Shown: one piece after another, positions 9,223 to 19,534 of the stretch
Layout: each line of letters opens with the position of its first letter
Numbering within the stretch: the stretch's first letter is position 1
Source of the DNA: Horticoccus luteus
GTDB lineage: Bacteria > Verrucomicrobiota > Verrucomicrobiia > Opitutales > Opitutaceae
Reading direction: 5' to 3'
NCBI RefSeq assembly: GCF_019464535.1
Contig: NZ_CP080507.1
Coordinates: 2,970,001-3,002,000 of the forward strand
Length of the DNA: 32,000 nucleotides
Program-made: the position numbers and the translations under genes
The notes under the pieces: model-generated
Database searches by the model: none
Seen by the model: only the letters and a program-made list of their open reading frames with translations
Told to the model about the DNA's origin: nothing

Positions 9223-10932
9223 TCACATGTCCGGCGGCACCGTCGAGATCGCCTCGGCGAGCGTCGTCACCCCGTCCTTCACTTTCAACATGCTGTCCTG
9301 GTGCAGCGTCTTCATGCCGCCGCGCATCGCGATCTTCTTCAACTCGGCTGACTCCATCTCCTTGTTGATCGCCTCCACCAGTTCCTCATTGGTGATCATT
9401 AATTCGTGGATGCCCACGCGGCCCTTGTAACCGCTGCCGCCACACTTCGCGCAGCCTTTCGGATTCGCGCGAAAAATCTGCCCGCTCCAGCCGATCGCCT
9501 TCTCCAAAATCGCCTGCTCCCGCCCTTCCGGCTCGTATGGCACGCGACACGTCTTGCACACCCGCCGCATCAGCCGCTGCGCGCAGACGCACAACAACGA
9601 CGATGAAATCATAAACGGCTCCACGCCCATGTCGGTCAACCGGGCGACGGTCGACGGCGCGTCGTTCGTGTGCAGCGTCGAGATCAGCAAATGCCCCGTC
9701 AACGCCGCCTCCACGGCGATGTTCGCCGTTTCGCGATCGCGGATTTCTCCCACCAGGATGATGTCCGGATCCTGCCGCAAAAACGCGCGCAACGCCGAGG
9801 CAAACGTCAGACCAATCTGCCGGTGCATCTGCATTTGGTTCAACCCCGGCAGCGTGTATTCGATCGGATCCTCCGCCGTGCGCACCACGATGTCGGGCGT
9901 GTTCACTTCATTCAGCGCGGAATAAAGCGTCATCGACTTGCCTGAACCCGTCGGCCCGCAATGCAGAATCATGCCGTAAGGCTGGCGGATGCAGTCCCGG
10001 TATTTCACGAGATTCTCCTCCGTGAACCCGAGTGCCGGCAGCGGCAGCGTCGTCTTTTGCTTGTCGAGAATACGCATCACCACGCCTTCGCCGTAGTTCA
10101 ACGGCGCGGTCGACACGCGTAGATCGAGATCGAGATTCTGCTTCGTGAATTGCTTGAACACGATGCGCCCGTCCTGCGGCAGCCGGCGCTCGGCGATGTC
10201 CAGGTTGCACATGATCTTGAGCCGGGCGACGAGCGCCGGCCCCACTTTCGCCGGCAGCCGCAGACGCTCGTGACACACGCCGTCCACGCGATACCGCACC
10301 ACCATATCCTTCTCCTGCGGCTCGATGTGGATGTCGCTCGTGCCGCAATAATACGCCTCCTCGATGATGCGATTCGCGAGCTCGATGATGGGTCCGGACT
10401 CCTCGTTGGTGAGTTCGTCCTCCGTCGCATCGGCCACGTGTCCGAACTCCGCCCCGATCTGCTGCACCACATCGCTGAACCCGGCGCTCACGCGCTCCTG
10501 GGTCTTGCTGAATTTGTCGCGCAAATCCTTTTCGCGCACGAGCAGCCGCACCACGCGCCGGCCGGTGATTTCCGTCACCTTGGTGGCGACTCCTTCATCG
10601 AAGCCGTTCACCACTGCCAGCAGGAAAATATCCCCCGCCATCCCCAGTGGCAGCACCGCGTGCTCCTCACAAAACGCCGTCGTCAACCGCTCGAAGGTCG
10701 CCTGCGTCACGCGGTGGCGCGCCACGTTGTAGGGCGCCAGCCGCAGCACGTGCGCCTTCGCCTCCAGCAACTGCCAGGGCGTGATGTGCATCTCCTCCTG
10801 CAGCACGCGCTCCAACGCATCGCCGTTGAGCTCGTCGGGCCGTGCGTCGATCGCATCCGCCTGCTCCTGCAAGAGCCGCTCCTGCGCGACCAGCCGCGCC
10901 ACGATTTGGGACTGATGTTTTCCGAGCGGCAT
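9223..10932 (-). CDS. GspE/PilB-family type II secretion / type IV pilus assembly ATPase
   Basis: 569 aa. It carries one N-terminal T2SSE_N-like domain, Walker [11 protein letters not shown], Asp box AEDPIEY, Walker [13 protein letters not shown] and His box [11 protein letters not shown] tetracysteine zinc motif is also present (CKTC...[12 protein letters not shown]). All catalytic motifs are intact. Confidence 0.9.
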   Translation of the reverse strand: MPLGKHQSQIVARLVAQERLLQEQADAIDARPDELNGDALERVLQEEMHITPWQLLEAKAHVLRLAPYNVARHRVTQATFERLTTAFCEEHAVLPLGMAGDIFLLAVVNGFDEGVATKVTEITGRRVVRLLVREKDLRDKFSKTQERVSAGFSDVVQQIGAEFGHVADATEDELTNEESGPIIELANRIIEEAYYCGTSDIHIEPQEKDMVVRYRVDGVCHERLRLPAKVGPALVARLKIMCNLDIAERRLPQDGRIVFKQFTKQNLDLDLRVSTAPLNYGEGVVMRILDKQKTTLPLPALGFTEENLVKYRDCIRQPYGMILHCGPTGSGKSMTLYSALNEVNTPDIVVRTAEDPIEYTLPGLNQMQMHRQIGLTFASALRAFLRQDPDIILVGEIRDRETANIAVEAALTGHLLISTLHTNDAPSTVARLTDMGVEPFMISSSLLCVCAQRLMRRVCKTCRVPYEPEGREQAILEKAIGWSGQIFRANPKGCAKCGGSGYKGRVGIHELMITNEELVEAINKEMESAELKKIAMRGGMKTLHQDSMLKVKDGVTTLAEAISTVPPDM

Positions 10933-10933
10933 G

Positions 10934-11446
10934 TCAGGTCACCGGTTTGGGTGCGGTCGCCGCGCGCTCCGTCTCAAGACGTTCGAGAAAATCCGCGATC
11001 ACTTCCAACGTCGTGCCATACCACAGAATGCGCCCTTCCAGCCGCTTCTCCCAAAACGTTCGCACCGCCGGGCTCAGGTAATACGCCGTGGCGACAAAAT
11101 GAAAATCCTCTTCGCGGTCGAACGGCACCGACCACGTCGCCCAGCACACGTCCGGGTCCAAAGCGCGTTTCACCTCGTCCGTAATGTCGTAATCGCGGAT
11201 ATCCGCGAGCCCGAGCCGCTCTTCGTCGATGCAGAACTGCAACACGTCTTCCTCGCGCAGCACCTTCATTTCATACGCAAGAATGCCCAGCAACGTGCTT
11301 TGCCGCGGTTGATCCGCCGCGACGATTTCCAGCAACCGCTCGTTCGCGGTCTCCAGATCCTCCAGCTTGACGAGGTTGTGCTCGACGAGGTTTGCGCCGA
11401 GCAGACGATTCGCGCGCCGAAGAAGAGGCAGATGCTCCGAAGCCAT
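10934..11446 (-). CDS. Small stand-alone T2SSE_N / MshEN-like domain protein (function unknown)
   Basis: 170 aa. The pattern [21 protein letters not shown]...[21 protein letters not shown]...[15 protein letters not shown]...[25 protein letters not shown]...[20 protein letters not shown] parallels the N-domain of the downstream ATPase and of GspE/PilB proteins. Its stop lies 1 nt from the ATPase start. The domain call is by eye only. Confidence 0.55.
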   Translation of the reverse strand: MASEHLPLLRRANRLLGANLVEHNLVKLEDLETANERLLEIVAADQPRQSTLLGILAYEMKVLREEDVLQFCIDEERLGLADIRDYDITDEVKRALDPDVCWATWSVPFDREEDFHFVATAYYLSPAVRTFWEKRLEGRILWYGTTLEVIADFLERLETERAATAPKPVT

Positions 11447-11463
11447 GGACGCGCGACCCTGAT

Positions 11464-12705
<1,242 letters not shown>

Positions 12706-12791
12706 TCACTCGCGCAATCTTTGGTGCTCGGGAGCAGCGGTCCCGATCGGCGTTTCCCCGCCGGCGGCCACGCAACCGCGGCTCCCCGGCG

Positions 12792-14084
12792 TCACAACAC
12801 CAGTCGGATGCCCTTGCGCAGATACGTCGGCACGTCGAGATCGTGCCCCTCAAACATCGTGCGATCGGTCTTGTCGAACTGACCGCGCGTTTCGAGTTCG
12901 CCGAACCCAAATTCGTTTTGCGCCACGGGCGCCTTGGCGCCCGCCTCACCTTCGGACTCCGCGTGCGCCGCGGTCGACGCCGCCACCGGCTCCGCTACGG
13001 GCGCGGCGGTCTTTGCGGCAGGCTGCGCTCCTCCCTGCGGAGCCTCGGCCGGGGTGCGCGCCGGCGTCCGGTTGGGTGGTGTCCGCCGCGGCGCGCTCAC
13101 GCGCCCGCCCAGATCGCTCGTGCCGAGCACGCAGACTTCTACGCGGTTTTGGAGGCTCTCATCGATCACCGCGCCCATGATGATGTGCGGCTCGCGCCCA
13201 AATTGCTCCGCAACCGCCGTCATCAGCTCGTTCACCTTGGGCAACGTCAGGTCCGTGCCGCCGACGATGTTGACCAGCAGCCGGTCCGCTTTGCGCGAGA
13301 ACTCCGGCGTCGCGAGCAGCGGGCAGAGCTTCAAACTCTCCAGCGCATCCGCCACCGCGTTTTCACCCACGCCTTCGCCGAGGCCGAACAACGTCTTGCC
13401 GCCCCGCGTCTGAAACGCCTGGCGCAGCGTCGCGAAATCCAGGTTGATCAACCCCGTGCGCGATAACATCGCCCAGATCGATTTGACGCCGCGCCCGATC
13501 CACTCGTCCGCGCGGCCAAACGAATCCAGCACCGTTTCATTCGGCGCCGCTTCCTGCAGCAGAATGTCATTCGGCAGCGGAATCACTGCGTCGCACACGC
13601 GGCGCAACGCCTGCAAACCTTCCTCCGCCTGCTTGATCCGTCGCCCGCCTTCGAAGCTGAACGGCATCGTTACGAACGCGATCACGAGCGCGCCCGCCTC
13701 CGCCGCCGCTTCCGCAATCACCGGCGCGGCGCCGCTGCCCGTGCCGCCGCCCATGCCGGCGAGTAGAAACACCAGATCGCAGTCCTTGACGACGTTGTTG
13801 AGCTTTTCGCGATCCGCCTCGGCCGCCTCGCGCCCCAGATCCGGATCGCCGCCCGCCCCGAGGCCGCGCGTCACGCCCATGCCGATCAAGACTTTGTCCT
13901 GCACCGGCGACGACGAAAGCGCCTGGTAATCCGTGTTGATCACGGAGAGCTGCAACCGCTCCAGGTTTTCCATCTTGAGGCGGTCCACGGCATTCGCGCC
14001 CGCGCCACCCACGCCCACCAGTTTGATCGCCACATTGCGATCGGTCAGAATTTCGTTCTCCAGCGGAAGTTCGTTAATGTTCAT
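12792..14084 (-). CDS. ftsZ: Cell division protein FtsZ
   Basis: IKLVGVGGAGANAV, the tubulin signature GMGGGTGSGAAPVIA and NTDYQAL are present. A long Pro/Ala-rich linker is followed by the conserved C-terminal peptide DLDVPTYLRKG. Confidence 0.97.
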   Translation of the reverse strand: MNINELPLENEILTDRNVAIKLVGVGGAGANAVDRLKMENLERLQLSVINTDYQALSSSPVQDKVLIGMGVTRGLGAGGDPDLGREAAEADREKLNNVVKDCDLVFLLAGMGGGTGSGAAPVIAEAAAEAGALVIAFVTMPFSFEGGRRIKQAEEGLQALRRVCDAVIPLPNDILLQEAAPNETVLDSFGRADEWIGRGVKSIWAMLSRTGLINLDFATLRQAFQTRGGKTLFGLGEGVGENAVADALESLKLCPLLATPEFSRKADRLLVNIVGGTDLTLPKVNELMTAVAEQFGREPHIIMGAVIDESLQNRVEVCVLGTSDLGGRVSAPRRTPPNRTPARTPAEAPQGGAQPAAKTAAPVAEPVAASTAAHAESEGEAGAKAPVAQNEFGFGELETRGQFDKTDRTMFEGHDLDVPTYLRKGIRLVL

Positions 14085-14095
14085 GGCGGCGCGAA

Positions 14096-15313
14096 TCAGG
14101 TGTTGGCGAACAAGCGCGACATCGAGCGGAGGAAACTGCCGCCGCGCCGGGTCGGCATCGCCGCCCGCTCGGCGCGCGCCGCCAGTCCGTAATAGAGCAG
14201 GCCCAGCGCGGCGCTGTAGCCAGGATCACGCAAACTCTCCTTCAACCGCGGCGGCGCCTCCCCCAGACGCGCTGTCACGCCGAAAACTTTCGCCGCTGCC
14301 TCGGCCATGCCCGGCAGCTTGGCCGTGCCGCCCGTGAGCACCACGCCTCCGCCGCACGCTTCCGGTTCGAACGCCGCGCCGAGTTGCTTCTTCACCACTT
14401 CCAGCAATTCCCACACACGCGCCGCGGTGATCTGTTCGATCGTGTGACGGGGAAACTGGCGATCGCCGATCGCGAAATTGCCTTCCAGCCACACCTTCTC
14501 CCCGCGATCGCGCGCCTGCACCAACGCCCGCCCGAAGCGCAGTTTCAACTTCTCCGCCTGGTTCTCGGTCAGACGCAGCCCGATGCTCAGGTCGTTCGTC
14601 AAATGACTGCCGCCCACCGCGACGACGCCGGTCGTGTGCGGCACACCGTCGCGATAGAGCACGTAGTCCGTCGTGCCCGCGCCGATGTCGATCGCCAGCG
14701 AACCGTGCTGCCGGTCTTCCGCCGACGTGATCATGTAGCCCGAGGCGAGGCTCGCGAGCACGAGCTCCGAAACCTCAAGATTGAAGCCCCCGATCACGTG
14801 GATCGCGTCGGCGATTTTGTTTTCGGCGCCGTGCACGCTCCAGTAACCGACCCCGAGACGCTGGCCCACGAGATGTTCGGGGGAGGTCGGCACCAACCGG
14901 CCATCGACCCGAAACGGCCGGCGGATGTGATGCACCACCATGCGTCCCGCCGGCAGCTCTTTCGATTGCGCCAACTGGCTGACCGTCGCGATGTCGCCCG
15001 CGCTGATCATGTTGTCCGCCGCCTTCACACTCACGGTCGCTTCATTGTAAAACCCTTCGAGATGCCCCCCGGTCAACGCCAGGAACACTTGGTCGATGCG
15101 CTCGTGTGCGTCGCGCTCCGCGAATTCCAGCGCCGCGTGCGTGCAATCGCTGGCGGCTTTATAGTCCACCACCGCGCCCTTGATGATACCGCGCGACGGA
15201 CACTCGCCGTGGCCGATCAGCGACAACTCGCGACCGTTGAGCTCGCCCACGAGGACGGTGACTTTGGACGTGCCGATTTCAACGGCTCCGATGATGCGGC
15301 TTTTAGAACTCAC
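14096..15313 (-). CDS. ftsA: Cell division protein FtsA
   Basis: Actin-like ATPase motifs IIGAVEIGTSKVTVLVGE, AIDIGAGTTDY and VLTGGTAKLPG. The start is set at GTG 15313, which leaves 7 residues before the IGTSK phosphate-1 motif as in known FtsA. An alternative in-frame GTG at 15367 is the track start. Either start overlaps the ftsQ 3' end. Confidence 0.88.
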   Translation of the reverse strand: MSSKSRIIGAVEIGTSKVTVLVGELNGRELSLIGHGECPSRGIIKGAVVDYKAASDCTHAALEFAERDAHERIDQVFLALTGGHLEGFYNEATVSVKAADNMISAGDIATVSQLAQSKELPAGRMVVHHIRRPFRVDGRLVPTSPEHLVGQRLGVGYWSVHGAENKIADAIHVIGGFNLEVSELVLASLASGYMITSAEDRQHGSLAIDIGAGTTDYVLYRDGVPHTTGVVAVGGSHLTNDLSIGLRLTENQAEKLKLRFGRALVQARDRGEKVWLEGNFAIGDRQFPRHTIEQITAARVWELLEVVKKQLGAAFEPEACGGGVVLTGGTAKLPGMAEAAAKVFGVTARLGEAPPRLKESLRDPGYSAALGLLYYGLAARAERAAMPTRRGGSFLRSMSRLFANT

Positions 15314-16274
15314 GGGATGATTTGGACGAAGGATTCTTTGACGGACGGGAAAGTGATTTCGACCCACGCACGGCGACGACTTCCGGCGTCAGCGTCACCG
15401 GCACCTGGCCGCCCAGCGCCAGATCGATGGCCGCCTGCGGACGCGCAGGATTGTTGGTATAGTCCAACACCAGATCCAGCCGCGCGAGCTGGCGAAAATA
15501 GTCGTCGTTGACGCTGAACCGCATCTTCAAGCCGTCGTCGGCGGTCACGACCAATTCGCCGTCCGACGCATAACGTTCGAGCGAAACCACGCGCCACTTC
15601 CGGTAGAGATGCTCCGCCTCGAACTTCGCCTTGCTGAGCAGTTCGGCCACCGCCCCCATTCCATCGATCGACGCGAACCCGCTGCCGCTGCGCACGAGTC
15701 GCACGCCGTCGAGCCACGGCAATGTGGCGATCATCGCCGGATCGAAACCCGCGCCAGAAAACACCACGCCATCGCGCGCCACCAGCAACGTCTTCGGCGC
15801 CGCGTCGCCGGGCGCCTGCGCATTCACCCGCACCACCGGCGCGCGCTCGGACAGCGTGGCCACCAGCGTCGAGGGGAAATTGCGCGTCAACACCGCCGTG
15901 CGCACCTGCCCGCTCGCGAGCAGACGTTCGCGCAACCGCATCAAATCGAGCTCCATCAACGTCGCCCCGCGCGGCAGCGCCAGCGTATCGACCAGCCACG
16001 TGCGCTCGAGCACACCATCCGTTACAAGCACGATTTCGGAGATCGGCGTCGCCGGCACCGCGTGCGATACCCGCCCGGAACTGTTCTGCCACGAATGCAC
16101 CGCCGCCCAAGTGGCCCAACCGATCAAACCAAGCGCCACCACGCCCACCATCGTCCGCAAACTGCTCCAGAACAAACGCCGCCGCCCGCCCTTCGACATC
16201 GCGCGCGGCTTCACCTGCTGCGGGATATCGCGCCAGTGGCGGGTGGCCGGAGAATTGTTGGAAGGTGAACTCAT
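15303..16274 (-). CDS. ftsQ: Cell division protein FtsQ (POTRA domain)
   Basis: A basic N-tail, one TM (MVGVVALGLIGWATWAAV) and a POTRA-like segment (ISEIVLVTDGVLERTWLVDTLALPRGATLMELDLMRLRERLLASGQVRTAVLTRNFPSTLVATLSERAPV). ATG 16274 overlaps the ddl stop as ATGA. The call also rests on position between ddl and ftsA. Confidence 0.8.
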   Translation of the reverse strand: MSSPSNNSPATRHWRDIPQQVKPRAMSKGGRRRLFWSSLRTMVGVVALGLIGWATWAAVHSWQNSSGRVSHAVPATPISEIVLVTDGVLERTWLVDTLALPRGATLMELDLMRLRERLLASGQVRTAVLTRNFPSTLVATLSERAPVVRVNAQAPGDAAPKTLLVARDGVVFSGAGFDPAMIATLPWLDGVRLVRSGSGFASIDGMGAVAELLSKAKFEAEHLYRKWRVVSLERYASDGELVVTADDGLKMRFSVNDDYFRQLARLDLVLDYTNNPARPQAAIDLALGGQVPVTLTPEVVAVRGSKSLSRPSKNPSSKSSREF

Positions 16275-17197
16275 GCGCGCTTCGCCACCTGAAAACGCTC
16301 CACCGCGGGTAGGACCATCGCCCGAACCAACGCCGTAAAATCCATCCCCGCGACGCGCGCGCTCATCGGCAGCAGACTCGTTTCTTTCATGCCGGGCAGC
16401 GTGTTGATTTCGAGAAAAAACGCCTCGTTGTTTTCTTTTAACAGGAAGTCGACGCGCGCGTAGTCGCGCCCGCCGCACGCCGCAACCGCCGCCGCCGCCG
16501 CCTGCTGCACCGCCCGCGTCACCTCATCCGCCAACGGCGCCGGTGCCAGATACTCCGTCAGGCCTTTCGTGTATTTGCTCGCGTAATCGTAGACGCCCGA
16601 TTTCGGCCGGATCTCCACCACCCCCATCGCGCGACCGGCGAGCACGCCCACCGACAACTCGCGGCCCACGATCCGCTCCTCCGCCAGCCAGGTTCCACTC
16701 GTCGCGCTCGCCAACGCCGCCGTCAACGCCGCGCGATCATCCGCCAGAAACAGACCCACGCTGCTGCCTTCGTTGTTGGGCTTCAGCACGACGCGCGCGC
16801 CCAACTCCGCCATCACTTGCTCCGCCGTCGGCTTGTTGGCCGCGCTGAACGTCAACCCGCGCGGCGAACGCACCCCGCACGCCGCGACCGCCTGCTTCGT
16901 GCGCGTCTTGTCCATCGTCAGTGCGCTCGCCGTGGCGTCACACCCGGCATACGCGATGCCCGCCGCATCCAGCAACCGCTGCATGCCGCCGTCTTCGCCA
17001 AACGTGCCGTGCAATGTCGAAAACACCACGTGGCGCTCCCGATCCAGCGCCGCCGGCAACGCTTCCGCCGTCACGTCGATGAGGCAGGTGGGAAACGAGC
17101 GGGCGAGCGCGATCGCACACGCCCTGCCCGAGCCGATCGACACTTCGCGTTCCGACGAAGTGCCTCCGCACAGGACCGCAATGATTGGAGTCGTCAC
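16271..17197 (-). CDS. ddl: D-alanine--D-alanine ligase
   Basis: IAVLCGGTSSEREVSIGSG, HGTFGEDGGMQRLLD, LKPNNEGSSVG and the C-terminal EINTLPGMKETSLLP are present. The start is set at GTG 17197 (GTGA overlap with the murC-murB stop), preceded by GGAGG with a 7-nt spacer. The track start GTG 17212 lies inside that SD. Confidence 0.9.
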   Translation of the reverse strand: MTTPIIAVLCGGTSSEREVSIGSGRACAIALARSFPTCLIDVTAEALPAALDRERHVVFSTLHGTFGEDGGMQRLLDAAGIAYAGCDATASALTMDKTRTKQAVAACGVRSPRGLTFSAANKPTAEQVMAELGARVVLKPNNEGSSVGLFLADDRAALTAALASATSGTWLAEERIVGRELSVGVLAGRAMGVVEIRPKSGVYDYASKYTKGLTEYLAPAPLADEVTRAVQQAAAAAVAACGGRDYARVDFLLKENNEAFFLEINTLPGMKETSLLPMSARVAGMDFTALVRAMVLPAVERFQVAKRA

Positions 17198-19488
17198 AAG
17201 GTTTCCTCCCACGTCTGGCCGAACAATATCACTTCCGGCTCGAGTTCCACTCCCGTCGCGCGCCGCACCCGTGCGCGCACGTGCCGCACCAATTCCAGCA
17301 CGTCGCCGGCCGTCGCGCCCCCGCGATTCACGATGAAATTTGCGTGCACCGCCGACACCTCCGCCTCGCCGACCCGCGCGCCCTTCAAGCCGCTCTCGTC
17401 GATCAACCGCCCCGCCGACGTCCCCGGTGGATTCTTAAAAATGCATCCCGCACTCGGCTCGCGCGGCTGACTCTCCTGCCGCTTGCGGCGGTAAACATCG
17501 AGCTGCCGGTTGACCGCATCCGCTTCCACCTGCGCCGCGGGCCGCAACAATGCCCCCAGCGCCACCGCGTTCTTCAATTCCGCGCAATGCCGGTAACCCA
17601 CCTCCATCTCCGCCTTCGGCAGCGTCCGCACCGTGCCGTCGGCGTCCATCAACGTCACTGCCTCCACCACATCGAACGTCCATCCGCCCATCGCACCCGC
17701 GTTCATCCGCAACGCGCCGCCCAGATTTCCCGGCACGCCTTCCAGAAATTCGAAACCCGTTAAACCCGCCTTCGCCGCGAGCCCGCACAAATTCTTCAAA
17801 CGCAACCCCGCGCCCGCCCACACGCGCCCGTCGCCGCGCGCCTCGAATGTCGCCCACGCCGCCGCGGCGAGCGAGATCACCACGCCGTCCACGCCTTCAT
17901 CCGGCACCACCAGATTCGATCCGCGCCCGAGCATCAACCACCGCACCCCGCGCGCGCGGGCCGCTGCCACCGTTGCCCGCAAATCCTCCGCTGTCGCCGG
18001 CTCCACATAAATCCGGGCCGCTCCGCCCACGCGCATCGTCGTCTTCGGTGCGAGCGATTCCTCGCGCCGCACCTTCGTCGCTGCGCTCACGCCCTGCGAA
18101 ATTTCCGCTGCCAGCCCATCCCAGCGCGCGGCGAGCCACTCCCGCGCGCGGCGCTCGATGTCGCCCGCGCCCACAAACACCACGACATCACCGCTCCGCA
18201 CTTCCGCCGTCAGTCGCTGACTCCACCCGCCGTCGCCCGCCGCATAATGCACCGCCAACGCCGGCGCCGCCCGGTGCAACGCATCCGCGACTTCCGCCGA
18301 GGTCCCGCCCGCGACCGGCATTTCTCCCGCGGAGTAAACATCCAGCAGGTAAACCGCATCCGCCTGCGCGAGGGCGTCCGCAAATTCGGCCTTGAACTGC
18401 GCTGTGCGGCTGAACCGGTGCGGCTGAAACACCACCCGCAACACGCCGCCTGGCCGCCGCAAACTCGCCAGCAACGCCCGGATCTCCGCCGGGTGATGCG
18501 CATAGTCCTCCATCACCGTCACGCCGCCCACGGTGGAGAGCACCGTTTGCCGCCGCCGCACGCCCGGAAAGTCGGCGAGCTCGTCGCCCGTGAGCGCCAC
18601 GCCCATCAGCTGCGCCGCCGCCAGCGCCGCCGTCGCGTTGCGCGCGTTGAATTCGCCCCGCGCCCGCACCGTCGCCTCGCCCGCCTGAAATTTGCCGCTG
18701 AGCCGGAGCGTCATCCGGCCGCCTTCATCCGCGACCAACGTCGCTTCGAAATCGGCGCCCTGCTCCAACCCGAACGTCCACGCACGTTTTTGCGGTCCCA
18801 CGTCGATCTCCTGCGCGCCGTTGCGAGTCGGCCCACCCACCAGCACCTCCCCTCGCGTGCGTTGAAACAAGTCCGCAAACGCCGTCTCCAACGCCCCCGC
18901 GCTCCGATAGAAATCCGGGTGATCCCAATCGAGATTCACCGCGACCGTGAGCTCGGGCGCAAACTGGCCGATCGTGCCGTCGCTCTCATCGATTTCCGCC
19001 ACGACCCAATCCGCCGCGCCCGCCTGCGCCGGCGCCGCGCCACCGTTGAAAAGTCCGCCCAACACATAACCCGCGTCCACGCCTGCGCGCCGCAACACCG
19101 TGATCAGCATCGCGGTCGTCGTAGTCTTCCCGTGCGAGCCGCAGACGGCCACCAGCCGCCGACCAGCCGTCACGGCGGCCAGCATCTCGCCGCGCCGCAC
19201 CCGCGGAATTCCCCGCGCACCGGCGGCCGCACTGGCGGCGTGCGCCGGGGCGATCGCCGACGAATAAACGACCAGATCGCACGCCTCGGGCAGCGGTGCG
19301 ATGACGACGCCTCCGCGCTGCAATTGCCGCCGCATTTCCATGCTCAACGCATCGTCTTCTCCCGTCACTGTCCATCCCGAGCGGGCGAGAAAAATCGCGA
19401 GCGGCCCCAGCCCCATTCCGCCCACGCCGATGCAGTGGACGCGCTGCACGGTGCGCCCAAACAAAGGCGGCAATACGTCGCGCGTCAT
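17194..19488 (-). CDS. murC: Bifunctional fusion: UDP-N-acetylmuramate--L-alanine ligase (MurC, N-terminal) / UDP-N-acetylenolpyruvoylglucosamine reductase (MurB, C-terminal)
   Basis: A single 764-aa ORF. Residues 1 to about 455 are MurC-like (VHCIGVGGMGLGPLA, VCGSHGKTTTTAM, EIDESDG, MEDYAHHP). Residues from about 470 to 764 are MurB-like (LAPKTTMRVGGAA, LGRGSNLVV, GFEFLEGVPGNLGGALRMNAGA, SAGCIFKNP, VSAVHANFIVN). No stop or restart occurs at the junction, near nt 18110. Confidence 0.9.
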   Translation of the reverse strand: MTRDVLPPLFGRTVQRVHCIGVGGMGLGPLAIFLARSGWTVTGEDDALSMEMRRQLQRGGVVIAPLPEACDLVVYSSAIAPAHAASAAAGARGIPRVRRGEMLAAVTAGRRLVAVCGSHGKTTTTAMLITVLRRAGVDAGYVLGGLFNGGAAPAQAGAADWVVAEIDESDGTIGQFAPELTVAVNLDWDHPDFYRSAGALETAFADLFQRTRGEVLVGGPTRNGAQEIDVGPQKRAWTFGLEQGADFEATLVADEGGRMTLRLSGKFQAGEATVRARGEFNARNATAALAAAQLMGVALTGDELADFPGVRRRQTVLSTVGGVTVMEDYAHHPAEIRALLASLRRPGGVLRVVFQPHRFSRTAQFKAEFADALAQADAVYLLDVYSAGEMPVAGGTSAEVADALHRAAPALAVHYAAGDGGWSQRLTAEVRSGDVVVFVGAGDIERRAREWLAARWDGLAAEISQGVSAATKVRREESLAPKTTMRVGGAARIYVEPATAEDLRATVAAARARGVRWLMLGRGSNLVVPDEGVDGVVISLAAAAWATFEARGDGRVWAGAGLRLKNLCGLAAKAGLTGFEFLEGVPGNLGGALRMNAGAMGGWTFDVVEAVTLMDADGTVRTLPKAEMEVGYRHCAELKNAVALGALLRPAAQVEADAVNRQLDVYRRKRQESQPREPSAGCIFKNPPGTSAGRLIDESGLKGARVGEAEVSAVHANFIVNRGGATAGDVLELVRHVRARVRRATGVELEPEVILFGQTWEETL
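17205..17209 (-). promoter_or_regulatory. Shine-Dalgarno (GGAGG) for ddl, embedded in the 3' end of murC-murB
   Basis: The minus strand reads GGAGGAAACCTTGTGA: GGAGG, a 7-nt spacer, then GTG start overlapping the TGA stop of the upstream gene. Confidence 0.6.
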
Positions 19489-19534
19489 CGCGAAAGCTCC
19501 GGGTTTGCGAGTGAGGCAGGCACAGCGCGGAGAA

